A stretch of 25,138 nucleotides of DNA, from positions 1 through 25,138 of the forward strand of contig JBBDTI010000066.1 in the NCBI GenBank assembly GCA_040904565.1. Reading direction: 5' to 3'. Positions within the stretch are counted from its first letter, which is position 1. Each line of letters starts with the position of its first letter. The DNA comes from Rhodothermales bacterium. Lineage in GTDB: Bacteria > Bacteroidota > Rhodothermia > Rhodothermales > VXPQ01. This document shows positions 8,677 through 17,875 of the stretch, in pieces. The position numbers and the translations under genes are program-made. A model generated the notes under the pieces. That model made no database searches. It saw only the letters and a list, made by a program, of their open reading frames with translations, and was not told the origin of the DNA.

Positions 8677-9348
8677 TTACGCTTCGAGAGCAACCGCCTC
8701 CCGAAGCGCCTTGACGTTCTCCGCGATCGTGGCGTCCCCGCCGAAGGCCGCGTTGCCGGCTACGATGACGTTCGCGCCGGCACCCACCACGTGCATGATG
8801 TTCCGCGGACCGACACCGCCGTCGACCTCCAGATAGGCGTTGGAGGCGATTTGATTGAGCATATTGCGGAGCCGCCGGATCTTGGCCGTCGACGCCGGAA
8901 TGAATTTCTGACCGCTGAATCCGGGGTTGACCGACATAACGAGCGCGAGATCCACGTTGGGAAGCACTTCCTCGATGGCCGTCAGCGACGTACCGGGATT
9001 CAGGGTGACGCCTGCCAGGGCTCCCCGTTCGCGGATGCGGGATAGAACGCGGTGAAGGTGCGTGCAGGCCTCGACGTGGACGGTCACGACGTCCGCCCCG
9101 GCATCCACAAAATCATCCACGTAGCGGCCCGGCTCCTCGATCATGAGGTGAACGTCCAGCTTCACCCCCGTTTCTTCGGCCAGCGGCCGCAGGGCCTCCA
9201 CGACGAACGGACCGATCGTGATGTTGGGCACGAAGCGGCCGTCCATCACGTCCACGTGCAGCCATTCGGCCCCCGCCTCCACGGCCTCCCGCGCCTGCCG
9301 GCCAAGCTGCGTGAAATCCGACGCGATGATGGAGGGAGAAAGTATCAC
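8677..9348 (-). CDS. rpe: Ribulose-phosphate 3-epimerase
   Basis: LSPSI, HVDVMDGRFVPNITIG, DVHLMI, TVHVE, MSVNPGFSGQKF, EVDGGV; GTG start. Confidence 0.97.
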   Translation of the reverse strand: MILSPSIIASDFTQLGRQAREAVEAGAEWLHVDVMDGRFVPNITIGPFVVEALRPLAEETGVKLDVHLMIEEPGRYVDDFVDAGADVVTVHVEACTHLHRVLSRIRERGALAGVTLNPGTSLTAIEEVLPNVDLALVMSVNPGFSGQKFIPASTAKIRRLRNMLNQIASNAYLEVDGGVGPRNIMHVVGAGANVIVAGNAAFGGDATIAENVKALREAVALEA

Positions 9349-9352
9349 GGTC

Positions 9353-10378
9353 TCAGGAGAAAATAATTACGCCGAGGGCGACGAGCACGGCGTTCGCCAG
9401 CGCCAGCGGGAGCAGGACCTTCCAGCCGAGCTGCATGAGATGGTTGTACTTGAACCGCGGGAACGTCCACCGCACCCAGATGAACAGGAACGCGAAGAAA
9501 CACACCTTCGCGAGCAGCGACAGGATCTGAAGGGCGCCCAGCAGGATGCTGCCCGCCAGCGCGGGAAACGCGCCGAGCAGCAGCGGCTCGAACGGCAGCA
9601 GGTAGCCGCCGAAAAACAGCGTCACGATCACGAAGGAAGCCACCCACCAGTTGACGTATTCGGCGAGAAAAAACATGCCGAACTTCATGCCGCTGTATTC
9701 GGTGTGATAGCCGCCGACGAGCTCCTGCTCCGCTTCCGGAAGGTCGAACGGTGCGCGGTTCGTCTCGGCGAACGCCGTAACGATGAAGATGATGGCGCCG
9801 ATGGGGTTGCGGAACACGTTCCATCCGAGGATGGCCCATCCGCCTGCCTGATCGTCGACGATTTCCGTCAGATTGAACGTGCCGGCGATGAGCACGACGG
9901 AGACCACGGCGAGGCCCATCGACAATTCGTAAGAGATCATCTGCGCCGCGGATCGGAGTCCGCCGAGCAGCGAGTACTTGCTGTTCGAGCTCCATCCCGC
10001 CAGGGTGATGCCGTAGACGCTTACGGAGGTCAGCGCGAGGATGACGAGCACGCCCGGACCGATGTCGGCGATGACGACGCCGCGCGCGAACGGGATGACG
10101 GCCGGTACGCTCATGGCGATGAGCACCATGATCACCGGTGCGAGGGAATGGATGAACGGGTTGGCCGAGGTAGGCCGGATGTCCTCTTTAAAGAGCAGCT
10201 TCAGCACGTCGGCGAACGGCTGAAGGAGCCCTACCGGGCCCACCCGATTGGGCCCGGGACGCTGCTGGATGTATCCCGACACCTTGCGCTCCGCATACAC
10301 CATGAGCGAGGCGGAGACCATCATCAGGTTGAGAACGAGGAAGGCGATCGCCGCCGTCCAGTAAAGAGGAATATCCAT
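9353..10378 (-). CDS. nuoH: NADH-quinone oxidoreductase subunit H
   Basis: ERKVSGYIQQRPGPNRVG, GLLQPFADVLKL, GGLRSAAQMISYE, AETNRAPFDLPEAEQELVGGYHTEYSG. Confidence 0.97.
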   Translation of the reverse strand: MDIPLYWTAAIAFLVLNLMMVSASLMVYAERKVSGYIQQRPGPNRVGPVGLLQPFADVLKLLFKEDIRPTSANPFIHSLAPVIMVLIAMSVPAVIPFARGVVIADIGPGVLVILALTSVSVYGITLAGWSSNSKYSLLGGLRSAAQMISYELSMGLAVVSVVLIAGTFNLTEIVDDQAGGWAILGWNVFRNPIGAIIFIVTAFAETNRAPFDLPEAEQELVGGYHTEYSGMKFGMFFLAEYVNWWVASFVIVTLFFGGYLLPFEPLLLGAFPALAGSILLGALQILSLLAKVCFFAFLFIWVRWTFPRFKYNHLMQLGWKVLLPLALANAVLVALGVIIFS

Positions 10379-10432
10379 GCGAAGTCTCTAGCAGTCTCTA
10401 TCGTTGATCCCGTCGTGGTGGACGGAACCGGG

Positions 10433-12163
10433 TTACACGGTTTCTCCGATCTCGGTAAGGCGTATACCGTCGAGGCCCATCCTGTCGTAGGTGGCCCCTT
10501 TGAAGGCGTCGATGCGTTCCGCCACGTCTTTCATAATGCGTTTGGGGGAGGCGTAATCCATGTCGTGCCCGAGCAGCGAGGCGATCCTGGGCAGCATCTC
10601 CCAGGTCGGCCTGCAGTCGACCCTATTCGATTCGTTGTGCCACCGGTCGAACGGCGTGCCGTGCTTGTCCGGCCGGCTGACTCCCATTTCCATGGACAGC
10701 GTGCGATTGACGCCCGCGATGGCCTTCGCGGGGCGCACGCGCTGGGCGTGACCGTCCTCATTCACGTACGTACCGACCGTTTCCACGACCATCGCGGCGG
10801 GCAGCACCACGTCGGCCGCGGCAAGCGTTTCGTTCGTTTCGTGATACGCGTGCAGGACGACCGACACGCCGGCCAGATCGTCCGCGTCGAACAGGCCGGA
10901 GGCGACCGGGTCGTCTTCGAGGACGTAGACGACCTTGACCTCGCCGCCCTTCACCCGGGAACGGATAACTTTCTCGTCGACCGGCTGAATGCCGAGGCGG
11001 CGGCAGCCGTCCGCGTTCGGCGTCTTGTCGTCCGTCACCAGCCAGCCGTCACCGGCGCCGGGCTCGACGTGCGGAATATACGAAGGCGGCGGCGCGCCGA
11101 GCGCGTCGGCAAGCTTCTTCAGCAGATAATTGTCCTCTACCGTTGCATGGGCCGAGCCGAGGAAAACGATCTCTTCACCGTCAACGTCGCGAAGCACGTC
11201 GGCGACGCGGGCATAGGCGTCTTCCCATGACGAACGCTCCAGCCGGTCGGCGGACCGCACCCTCGGCCCGGAGGCGCGATCCTCGTTGAACCGGTGGTAG
11301 GCCGTTCTATCTTCGTCGGGAAGCCAGTAATCGTTGACGTTCAGATTCTGCCGCGGCGTGATGCGCAGGACGAGATTATCGCGTACCCAGTAGTCGCAGT
11401 TCGATCCCTTCGCGTTCGTCACGGTGATGGATGACGAGGAGCTCATCTCCCAGATGCGGGCGCGGAACCGGAAATCGATGGATGTCAGCGCCCCGACCGG
11501 GCAGATGTCGATCACATTCATCGAATACGGCTCGTCGAACGTCTCGCCGGGCGCGGTGAGCGGGTAGTTTTTCACGCCGCGCTGCGTGATGGTGAGCTGA
11601 TGGCTCTTGGATACCTCGTCGGTGAACCGCGTGCAGCGGGTGCAGTTGATGCACCGCTCGGCATCGAGCATCACGCGCGGGCCGAGCTTGACCTTCTTGG
11701 GCTTGTGGACCTTCCGGAATTCGAAGCGCGAGCCTTCCGGACCGTATTTGTACGCCTGGATCTGAAGCGGGCAGTGGCCCGCCTGATCGCAGATGGGGCA
11801 ATCGAGCGGATGGTTGATGAGCAGAAACTCGAGATTCGCCTTCTGGGCGCCTTCGACGGTTTCGCTCGTACGATGCGTCTTCACCACCATCCCGTCATTC
11901 ACGTCGACCGAACAGCTCGTCATGAGTTTGGGCATCCACTGGATGGCGGGGTTCCCGTCCTCATCCAGCTTCACCTCACCGGTCTCCCGGTCTCTGGCGG
12001 GCGAACCCACCTCGACGAGACACTGCCGGCAGTTCGCCGGGATCGAGAGGGCGGGATGGTAGCAGAAGTGCGGAAGCTCCACGCCGCGGTCCAGACAGAA
12101 CTGGAGCAGCTTGGGGCGGCCTTCGAATTCGTAAACCGTGTTATCTATCGTAACCTGTGGCAT
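10433..12163 (-). CDS. nuoG: NADH-quinone oxidoreductase subunit G (short form, 576 aa)
   Basis: N1b FCYHP..ANCRQCLVE..SC; N5 HPLDCPICDQAGHC; N4 CINCTRC...DICPVGAL; lies between nuoF and nuoH. Confidence 0.95.
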   Translation of the reverse strand: MPQVTIDNTVYEFEGRPKLLQFCLDRGVELPHFCYHPALSIPANCRQCLVEVGSPARDRETGEVKLDEDGNPAIQWMPKLMTSCSVDVNDGMVVKTHRTSETVEGAQKANLEFLLINHPLDCPICDQAGHCPLQIQAYKYGPEGSRFEFRKVHKPKKVKLGPRVMLDAERCINCTRCTRFTDEVSKSHQLTITQRGVKNYPLTAPGETFDEPYSMNVIDICPVGALTSIDFRFRARIWEMSSSSSITVTNAKGSNCDYWVRDNLVLRITPRQNLNVNDYWLPDEDRTAYHRFNEDRASGPRVRSADRLERSSWEDAYARVADVLRDVDGEEIVFLGSAHATVEDNYLLKKLADALGAPPPSYIPHVEPGAGDGWLVTDDKTPNADGCRRLGIQPVDEKVIRSRVKGGEVKVVYVLEDDPVASGLFDADDLAGVSVVLHAYHETNETLAAADVVLPAAMVVETVGTYVNEDGHAQRVRPAKAIAGVNRTLSMEMGVSRPDKHGTPFDRWHNESNRVDCRPTWEMLPRIASLLGHDMDYASPKRIMKDVAERIDAFKGATYDRMGLDGIRLTEIGETV

Positions 12164-12233
12164 AGCCTATAGCATTCATCATTCGTCGATCGGCGGACGA
12201 CCGGATGCGCCCGTCCGGGTCGCGCAAGGACCG

Positions 12234-13553
12234 TCATGCAACCGCAAAAACGCCCTGCTTGCACTTGGCCTCGAATTCGTCGCGGAACCGCTTGATGGTA
12301 TTGCGAACGGGCCACGCGGCCGCATCGGCCAGCGCGCACACCGTGCGGCCTTCCATATTGTCGCACAGATTCAGGAGAAGGTCCAGGTCCCGCATGTTGC
12401 CCTCCCCTTCGTCGATGCGCGTCACCAGGTTTTCCAGCCATCCCGTGCCCTCTCGGCACGGCGTACACTGGCCGCAGCTTTCGTGATGGTAGAAATGGGT
12501 CACGCGGCGCAGGAAACTGACCATATCCGTGTCTTCGTCCATCACCAGCATGCCGGCCGTACCCATCATGGAGCCGGCTTCTTGAAGCGACTCGGCGTCC
12601 ATCGTCACCCCGTCGATCATATCGGCCCGCAGCACGGGAACGGACGAACCGCCCGGAACGATCGCTTTCAGCTTCTTGCCGTTCAGCATGCCGCCGGCGA
12701 CCTCTTCGACGAGATCGGTAATCAGCATGCCCGTCGGATATTCGTAAACGCCCGGCCGATTCACGTGTCCGGAGATACCGTACAGGACGGGGCCGGGATG
12801 TTTTTCCGGGCCCAGGCTCGAGAACCAGTCGGCTCCGCGATTGATGACGATGGGCGAGCAGGCCAGCGATTCGACGTTGTTGACGGTCGTCGGGCAACCC
12901 CAGAGTCCGCTTTGAGCCGGGAAGGGCGGCTTGATGCGCGGATAGGCCCGCTTGCCTTCGACGGACTCGAGCAGGCTCGTCTCTTCCCCGCAAATGTAGG
13001 CACCGGCGCCTTTGTGAATGATGATCTCGCTGGAGAAGTCGGTCCCCATGATGTTGCGGCCGACGAACCCCTTGTCGTACAGTTTGGCGAGCTCCCGTTC
13101 CATGTGCCGGACCCAGTCCGCGTACTCCCCTCGAATGTAGAGGTACGTCGCATCGGCCTGCATCGCGTAGGCCGCGATGAGGATACCCTCGAACACGAGA
13201 TGCGGGTTGTACTCCATCAGCTGCCGGTCCTTGAACGTACCCGGCTCGCTCTCATCGCCGTTGCACGCGATATAGCGCGGCGTATCGGGATCGACCGGCG
13301 GCATGAAGCTCCATTTCAGTCCGGTCGGAAAGCCCGCACCGCCTCGCCCACGGAGCCCGCTCGCCTTTACCTCGTCGACCACGGATTTCGGGTCCCACTC
13401 GTCGCCGGTCAGGACTTCGCGAAGGGCCTCATAGCCGCCGTTATCTATATACACGTCCAGCTTGTGCAGGTCGCGTACGGGCGGCAGGAGGACGCGCTCG
13501 TACTTGCGCCAGTCGCCGGCCTTGGTCTGTCCCGTTCCGTTGTTCGAGCTCAT
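12234..13553 (-). CDS. nuoF: NADH-quinone oxidoreductase subunit F
   Basis: GLRGRGGAGFPTG, NGDESEPGTFKDR, GAGAYICGEETSL, N3 motif ESCGQCTPCREG...VCAL. Confidence 0.97.
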   Translation of the reverse strand: MSSNNGTGQTKAGDWRKYERVLLPPVRDLHKLDVYIDNGGYEALREVLTGDEWDPKSVVDEVKASGLRGRGGAGFPTGLKWSFMPPVDPDTPRYIACNGDESEPGTFKDRQLMEYNPHLVFEGILIAAYAMQADATYLYIRGEYADWVRHMERELAKLYDKGFVGRNIMGTDFSSEIIIHKGAGAYICGEETSLLESVEGKRAYPRIKPPFPAQSGLWGCPTTVNNVESLACSPIVINRGADWFSSLGPEKHPGPVLYGISGHVNRPGVYEYPTGMLITDLVEEVAGGMLNGKKLKAIVPGGSSVPVLRADMIDGVTMDAESLQEAGSMMGTAGMLVMDEDTDMVSFLRRVTHFYHHESCGQCTPCREGTGWLENLVTRIDEGEGNMRDLDLLLNLCDNMEGRTVCALADAAAWPVRNTIKRFRDEFEAKCKQGVFAVA

Positions 13554-13660
13554 GATATACGTTACTTACTTACGCAGTCGCGTGACCTGCGCCGGTCACG
13601 CATGATGGCACGTTTATACCCCCGAATCACCCTGTCTCTCATCTGCCTCTCATCCATGAC

Positions 13661-14335
13661 CTATCCCACCGACTCCGCGCGAGGTGGTGTTCGATACGTC
13701 TCCGTCGCCTCGGCGTCCGAGCGGCGATTGCCGCCCATCTCATCCTCGTCCTGCGGCAGCGTCACGGAGACGAAGGGAGGCATCTCGCCCTTCTTCAAAT
13801 CCTCGATCAACCGGTCGACTTTTTCCTCCGTCAGGTTGTGGACGTACGGGCCGTTCGTTACCTGCAGCATGGGGGCCGTGCCGCACGAACCCAGGCACTC
13901 GACGCCCTGGAGGCTGAAAAGTCCGTCCTCCGTCGTCTCGCCTTCGTGGATGCCGAGTTTCTCCTCCAGATAATGCAGGATGTCGTAGCCTCCGCACATC
14001 TGGCAGCTAAAGCTGGTGCACACGTCCAGCACGTAGGTGCCCTTCTTCTCCTTATAGTACTGGGTATAGAACGTCGACACACCGTAGACGAGCGAATAGG
14101 GAATATCCAGCTCGTCGGCCACGAGCTGGATCACTTCGGGCGGCAGAAAGCCGAATTTTTCCTGCGCGAGCCAGAGCACTTTCATGACCGCGCCTTGGGG
14201 AGTCGGATACTGCTCCCTGAACCGGTCGATCAGCTTCTTTTCCTCGGCCGAGAACACGAGCTCGTCGTGGGAGAAGACGGGCTCCGGGTTCTGGTCCGGC
14301 AGGGGGACGATCGGTTGTTTGATAAAGTCGCTCAT
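13661..14335 (-). CDS. nuoE: NADH-quinone oxidoreductase subunit E
   Basis: LAQEKFGFL, VSTFYTQY, 2Fe-2S motifs VCTSFSC and VECLGSCGTAPM. Confidence 0.96.
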   Translation of the reverse strand: MSDFIKQPIVPLPDQNPEPVFSHDELVFSAEEKKLIDRFREQYPTPQGAVMKVLWLAQEKFGFLPPEVIQLVADELDIPYSLVYGVSTFYTQYYKEKKGTYVLDVCTSFSCQMCGGYDILHYLEEKLGIHEGETTEDGLFSLQGVECLGSCGTAPMLQVTNGPYVHNLTEEKVDRLIEDLKKGEMPPFVSVTLPQDEDEMGGNRRSDAEATETYRTPPRAESVG

Positions 14336-14421
14336 GATTCACTAATACAAATGGCGGTTGGAGGTCGAACCTGAGGCTGCGGGCGCCGGCGCGCTCCGTC
14401 AGGCGAGGCTCCAACCCGTAA

Positions 14422-15741
14422 TTACTTATCCGCTTCGCCCATTACGGGGTCGAGAGATCCGATGAGAATTACCGTGTCGGCGACCAGAGAGCCCTCCATA
14501 ATGTATTCGAGCCCCTGCAGGTTGGCAAAGGACGGCGCGTTCAGCCGCGCGCGCCAGGGGTTGCCCGTGCCGTCCGACTCCAGGTACCACCCGAGCTCAC
14601 CCTTGGGCGATTCGATGGCACTGTAGCAGTACGCCCCCTTTGGCGGAGCTACGCCGACGTCCGTGTACAGAAAATCGTGAATCATGCCCTCCATCGAGTA
14701 ATACACCTCGTCCTTTGACGGATAGGCCAGCTTGGCGTCGTCGGTACGGATCGAGCCTTCCGGAAGGCGATCGAGACACTGGCGAATGATGCGCAGGCTC
14801 TCCTTCATTTCTTCCATCCGCACGAAATATCGGGCGAGGGAATCGCCCTCCTCGCGGATGGGAATATCGAAGTCGACGTCTTCGTACCGGAGGTACGGCT
14901 CAAACCGCCGGATGTCGTACGGTTCGCCGCTGGCACGAAGGTTGGCCCCCGTGAGGCCGAGCTCGACGGCCTCCTCGCGCGTGATCGTACCGACGTCTTT
15001 GTTGCGATCGATCCAGAGCCGGTTTCGGTTGAGGAAATCCTCCCACCCGTCGACGTCGTCTCCGAAAGAATCGACGAAATCGCGAATCATCGCCAGCGCC
15101 GTCGGCGACACGTCGGATGCGAGTCCGCCGATGCGGCTGTGCGAAACCGTGAAGCGCGCGCCGGCGACCTCATCGAAAATATTGTACAGATCCTCACGAC
15201 CCTTGAAAGCCCACAGAAAGACGGATACCGCCCCGGCGTCCATCAACCCGACACCCAGCCAGAGGAGATGCGACGAAATACGCGCCAGCTCGCACATGAT
15301 CATGCGAATCCACTGCGCCCGCTCGGGCACCTCGATATTGGCCAGCTTCTCGACGACCAGGCACCAGGCCACATTGTTGGAATACGGCGAGAGGTAGTCC
15401 ATCCGATCCGTATACGGCATGAACTCCTGGTACGACTTCGACTCCGCCAGCTTCTCGATGCCGCGGTGGAGGTAGCCGATGTCGAGCACGGACTTCTCGA
15501 TCGTCTCCCCGTCCATCTTGACGACGCAGCGAAGCACGCCGTGCGTGGCCGGATGCTGGGGACCGATATTGAGGATCATCTCATTTTCGAGAGGATCCTC
15601 TGCGTCCGACGTATCGTCGTGACGCTCCTCCAGCCATGCGTGCTTACTTTCGAGACGATCGTAGATCGCCTCGTTATGGCGCGGCCAGAAACGAAACGCC
15701 TGTCCTAGGTCCGCTGCTGCAAAACTGGGTTTAGCACTCAT
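14422..15741 (-). CDS. nuoD: NADH-quinone oxidoreductase subunit D
   Basis: NIGPQHPATHGVLR, GYLHRGIEK, DRMDY, ELARISSHL, ESPKGE, LDPVMGEADK. Confidence 0.97.
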   Translation of the reverse strand: MSAKPSFAAADLGQAFRFWPRHNEAIYDRLESKHAWLEERHDDTSDAEDPLENEMILNIGPQHPATHGVLRCVVKMDGETIEKSVLDIGYLHRGIEKLAESKSYQEFMPYTDRMDYLSPYSNNVAWCLVVEKLANIEVPERAQWIRMIMCELARISSHLLWLGVGLMDAGAVSVFLWAFKGREDLYNIFDEVAGARFTVSHSRIGGLASDVSPTALAMIRDFVDSFGDDVDGWEDFLNRNRLWIDRNKDVGTITREEAVELGLTGANLRASGEPYDIRRFEPYLRYEDVDFDIPIREEGDSLARYFVRMEEMKESLRIIRQCLDRLPEGSIRTDDAKLAYPSKDEVYYSMEGMIHDFLYTDVGVAPPKGAYCYSAIESPKGELGWYLESDGTGNPWRARLNAPSFANLQGLEYIMEGSLVADTVILIGSLDPVMGEADK

Positions 15742-15822
15742 GCGATCGGAAAATGGTTGAAGGTCGACGATAGAGACGTGCGTCGCGTAGTTACGCGCGT
15801 GCGTCCGGTAAGCGGCACGTGC

Positions 15823-16539
15823 TCAATCGTCCTCACCGTCGTACTTCGATACAGGTTCTTCATAACTCTTGGGCGTAAGCCGGCCGTGGGCCGCCGGGAA
15901 GGGATCGTACTGCAGCTCTCCTTCCGGCGTCTGCGGCGGGAGCGGCAGCGAGCCCGGAATTCCCAGCTGGGGGAATTCCTTCCGCTGCGGATAATATTCA
16001 AAATCCTCCGGCATGTACATGCGGCGCAGATCGGGATGCTCCGTAAAGCGAATGCCGAGCATGTCGAAGACCTCACGCTCCGACCAGTTCGCGGCGCGGT
16101 ACACGCCGGTCACGCTGGGAACGTCCAGATCCTCTTCGTCTACCCGCACCTTGACCCGGATGCGCTTCCGCTTTTCGAAGGAGACCAGGTTGTAGAACAC
16201 CTCAAATCGGTCTTCGTCCGTGAACCGATCGACGCCGCCGATGTCGGACAGATAGACGAACGATTGCTCCTCCTTGAGGAAACGGCACACGTCGACGATG
16301 TGTGCCTTGTCGACAAAGACCGTCTGTTCGCCGGCGTACTCGTGAATGTTCTCGTCTACCGCGTCGGGGAACTGCTCGCGCAGCGCCGCGACGACCTCCG
16401 GCAGATGGGTCGTCGACTTTGCGTAATGATTCTCTACGTCCGGCTTCGGCTCATCGACGGGCGTGAAGAAGAATTTAAGGGCCTGGTGAGACGGTCCCTC
16501 TTCAACCTTGGGTACAACGTTATCGGCGTCCTTGCGCAT
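15823..16539 (-). CDS. nuoC: NADH-quinone oxidoreductase subunit C
   Basis: RFEVFYNL, ANWSEREVFDMLGIRFTEHPDLRRMYMPEDF..YPQRKEFP. Confidence 0.96.
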   Translation of the reverse strand: MRKDADNVVPKVEEGPSHQALKFFFTPVDEPKPDVENHYAKSTTHLPEVVAALREQFPDAVDENIHEYAGEQTVFVDKAHIVDVCRFLKEEQSFVYLSDIGGVDRFTDEDRFEVFYNLVSFEKRKRIRVKVRVDEEDLDVPSVTGVYRAANWSEREVFDMLGIRFTEHPDLRRMYMPEDFEYYPQRKEFPQLGIPGSLPLPPQTPEGELQYDPFPAAHGRLTPKSYEEPVSKYDGEDD

Positions 16540-16611
16540 CTTGCTTTGAGTTGTTCAACGGGCGCAGTGCGGCGAGAGGAAGTGATCCATTGGAGAAGCG
16601 TTGTGGAGCCA

Positions 16612-17157
16612 TTAAGGAGTCTGCCCGAGAAGACCCGTTCCCGGATCCTGGGACGCGGGGAGCTGGCTGCCGTCGACGTAGTCCTGTGCGACGGAGTACT
16701 CGTTGCGAATCTTCTCCTGGATATCCATCAGTGCGTGAACGACCGCTTCCGGACGGGGCGGGCAGCCGGGGACGTACACGTCGACGGGCAGGAAGTTGTC
16801 GCAGCCCTGGACGACGCCGTAGCACCGATGCATGCCGCCGGTCGAGGCACAGGCACCCATCGCGATGCACCATTTGGGATCGGCCATCTGGTCCCACACG
16901 CGGCGCACGGCGTGCGCCATCTTGTACGACACCCACCCTGCTACGATCATGAGATCCGCCTGGCGAGGGGAGAAACGCATCGCTTCGGAACCGAAACGTG
17001 CCGCGTCATACTTGGGACCGGCAAACGCCATCATTTCGATGGCGCAGCACGCCAGACCCATGGGCATCGGCATCAGGGAATTGGAGCGCGCCCAGTTCAG
17101 GACCACATCCACTCTCGTGGTAAGGAAGCCCTCATTAAAGGCGCTGTTCGAAGCCAT
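16612..17157 (-). CDS. nuoB: NADH-quinone oxidoreductase subunit B
   Basis: [39 protein letters not shown] (N2 ligands). Confidence 0.97.
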   Translation of the reverse strand: MASNSAFNEGFLTTRVDVVLNWARSNSLMPMPMGLACCAIEMMAFAGPKYDAARFGSEAMRFSPRQADLMIVAGWVSYKMAHAVRRVWDQMADPKWCIAMGACASTGGMHRCYGVVQGCDNFLPVDVYVPGCPPRPEAVVHALMDIQEKIRNEYSVAQDYVDGSQLPASQDPGTGLLGQTP

Positions 17158-17319
17158 CTCGTCGTCACATCTGTCGTCGGAAAATACTGACTCGGCGCCG
17201 CGCCTGCCCGCCGGCAGTGCCAGCGACGCACGGGTTTAATGTGCCACCTCACCCTCTGTTTCAGTCTACTCCATCGGGAGCAAATCAATTCAACGCCGCT
17301 TCAACGCGGCGATGCGGGC

Positions 17320-17691
17320 TCAGTCGAACTCCAGTCCACCTTTCTTGATATCGTAGAGCAAGCCGATTCCGAGGATGAGGATAAAGAAACAGACGACGGC
17401 AAGTGCTCCGAAAGCTACGCCGGCATCGACGAACTCCTTGAAGCTCACCGCCCAGGGATACATGAACACGACCTCCACGTCGAAAACGATGAAGATCATC
17501 GCGACCAGGTAGAACTTGACGGAATACCGCTCGTGCGCCGAGCCGACGGGATCCATCCCGCTCTCGTAGGCGGCCTGCTTGATGATGTTTCGCCGCCTCG
17601 GACCCAGCAGATCGGCACCCTTGAGAAGGGAAATCGCCATCCCCAGGGCGAGCGCCATCATGATGAACAGCGGTATGAACTCCGTCAGCAT
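17320..17691 (-). CDS. nuoA: NADH-quinone oxidoreductase subunit A
   Basis: Three TM segments, YESGMDP, KFYLVAMIFIVFDVEVVFMYPWA. Confidence 0.97.
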   Translation of the reverse strand: MLTEFIPLFIMMALALGMAISLLKGADLLGPRRRNIIKQAAYESGMDPVGSAHERYSVKFYLVAMIFIVFDVEVVFMYPWAVSFKEFVDAGVAFGALAVVCFFILILGIGLLYDIKKGGLEFD

Positions 17692-17793
17692 ATATCCAAA
17701 AGCGCTCGTTGATGGACCGAAAATTCAGCTGCTTCGCCTGGTCGATCTGTATCCCGGTAGGACCCGGCTCCGGAACGCGCAGGCAGATACGAA

Positions 17794-17822
17794 AAACTAG
17801 CCAATGCGCCTGCGGTAGTCAA
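17794..17822 (-). promoter_or_regulatory. Putative sigma70-type promoter of the nuo operon
   Basis: Minus strand: TTGACT (17822-17817), exactly 17 nt, TAGTTT (17799-17794), about 100 nt upstream of the nuoA ATG. Confidence 0.6.
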
Positions 17823-17875
17823 CGAAACAGGGTCGTGAAGATCCCGCCAAGGGCCCGCATGTGAAGGGCCGGGCC

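Noticed and set aside
17097-17288. 63-aa ORF or ncRNA in the nuoA-nuoB spacer
   Set aside because: TTG start, overlaps nuoB out of frame, no motif; no recognisable RNA family signature.
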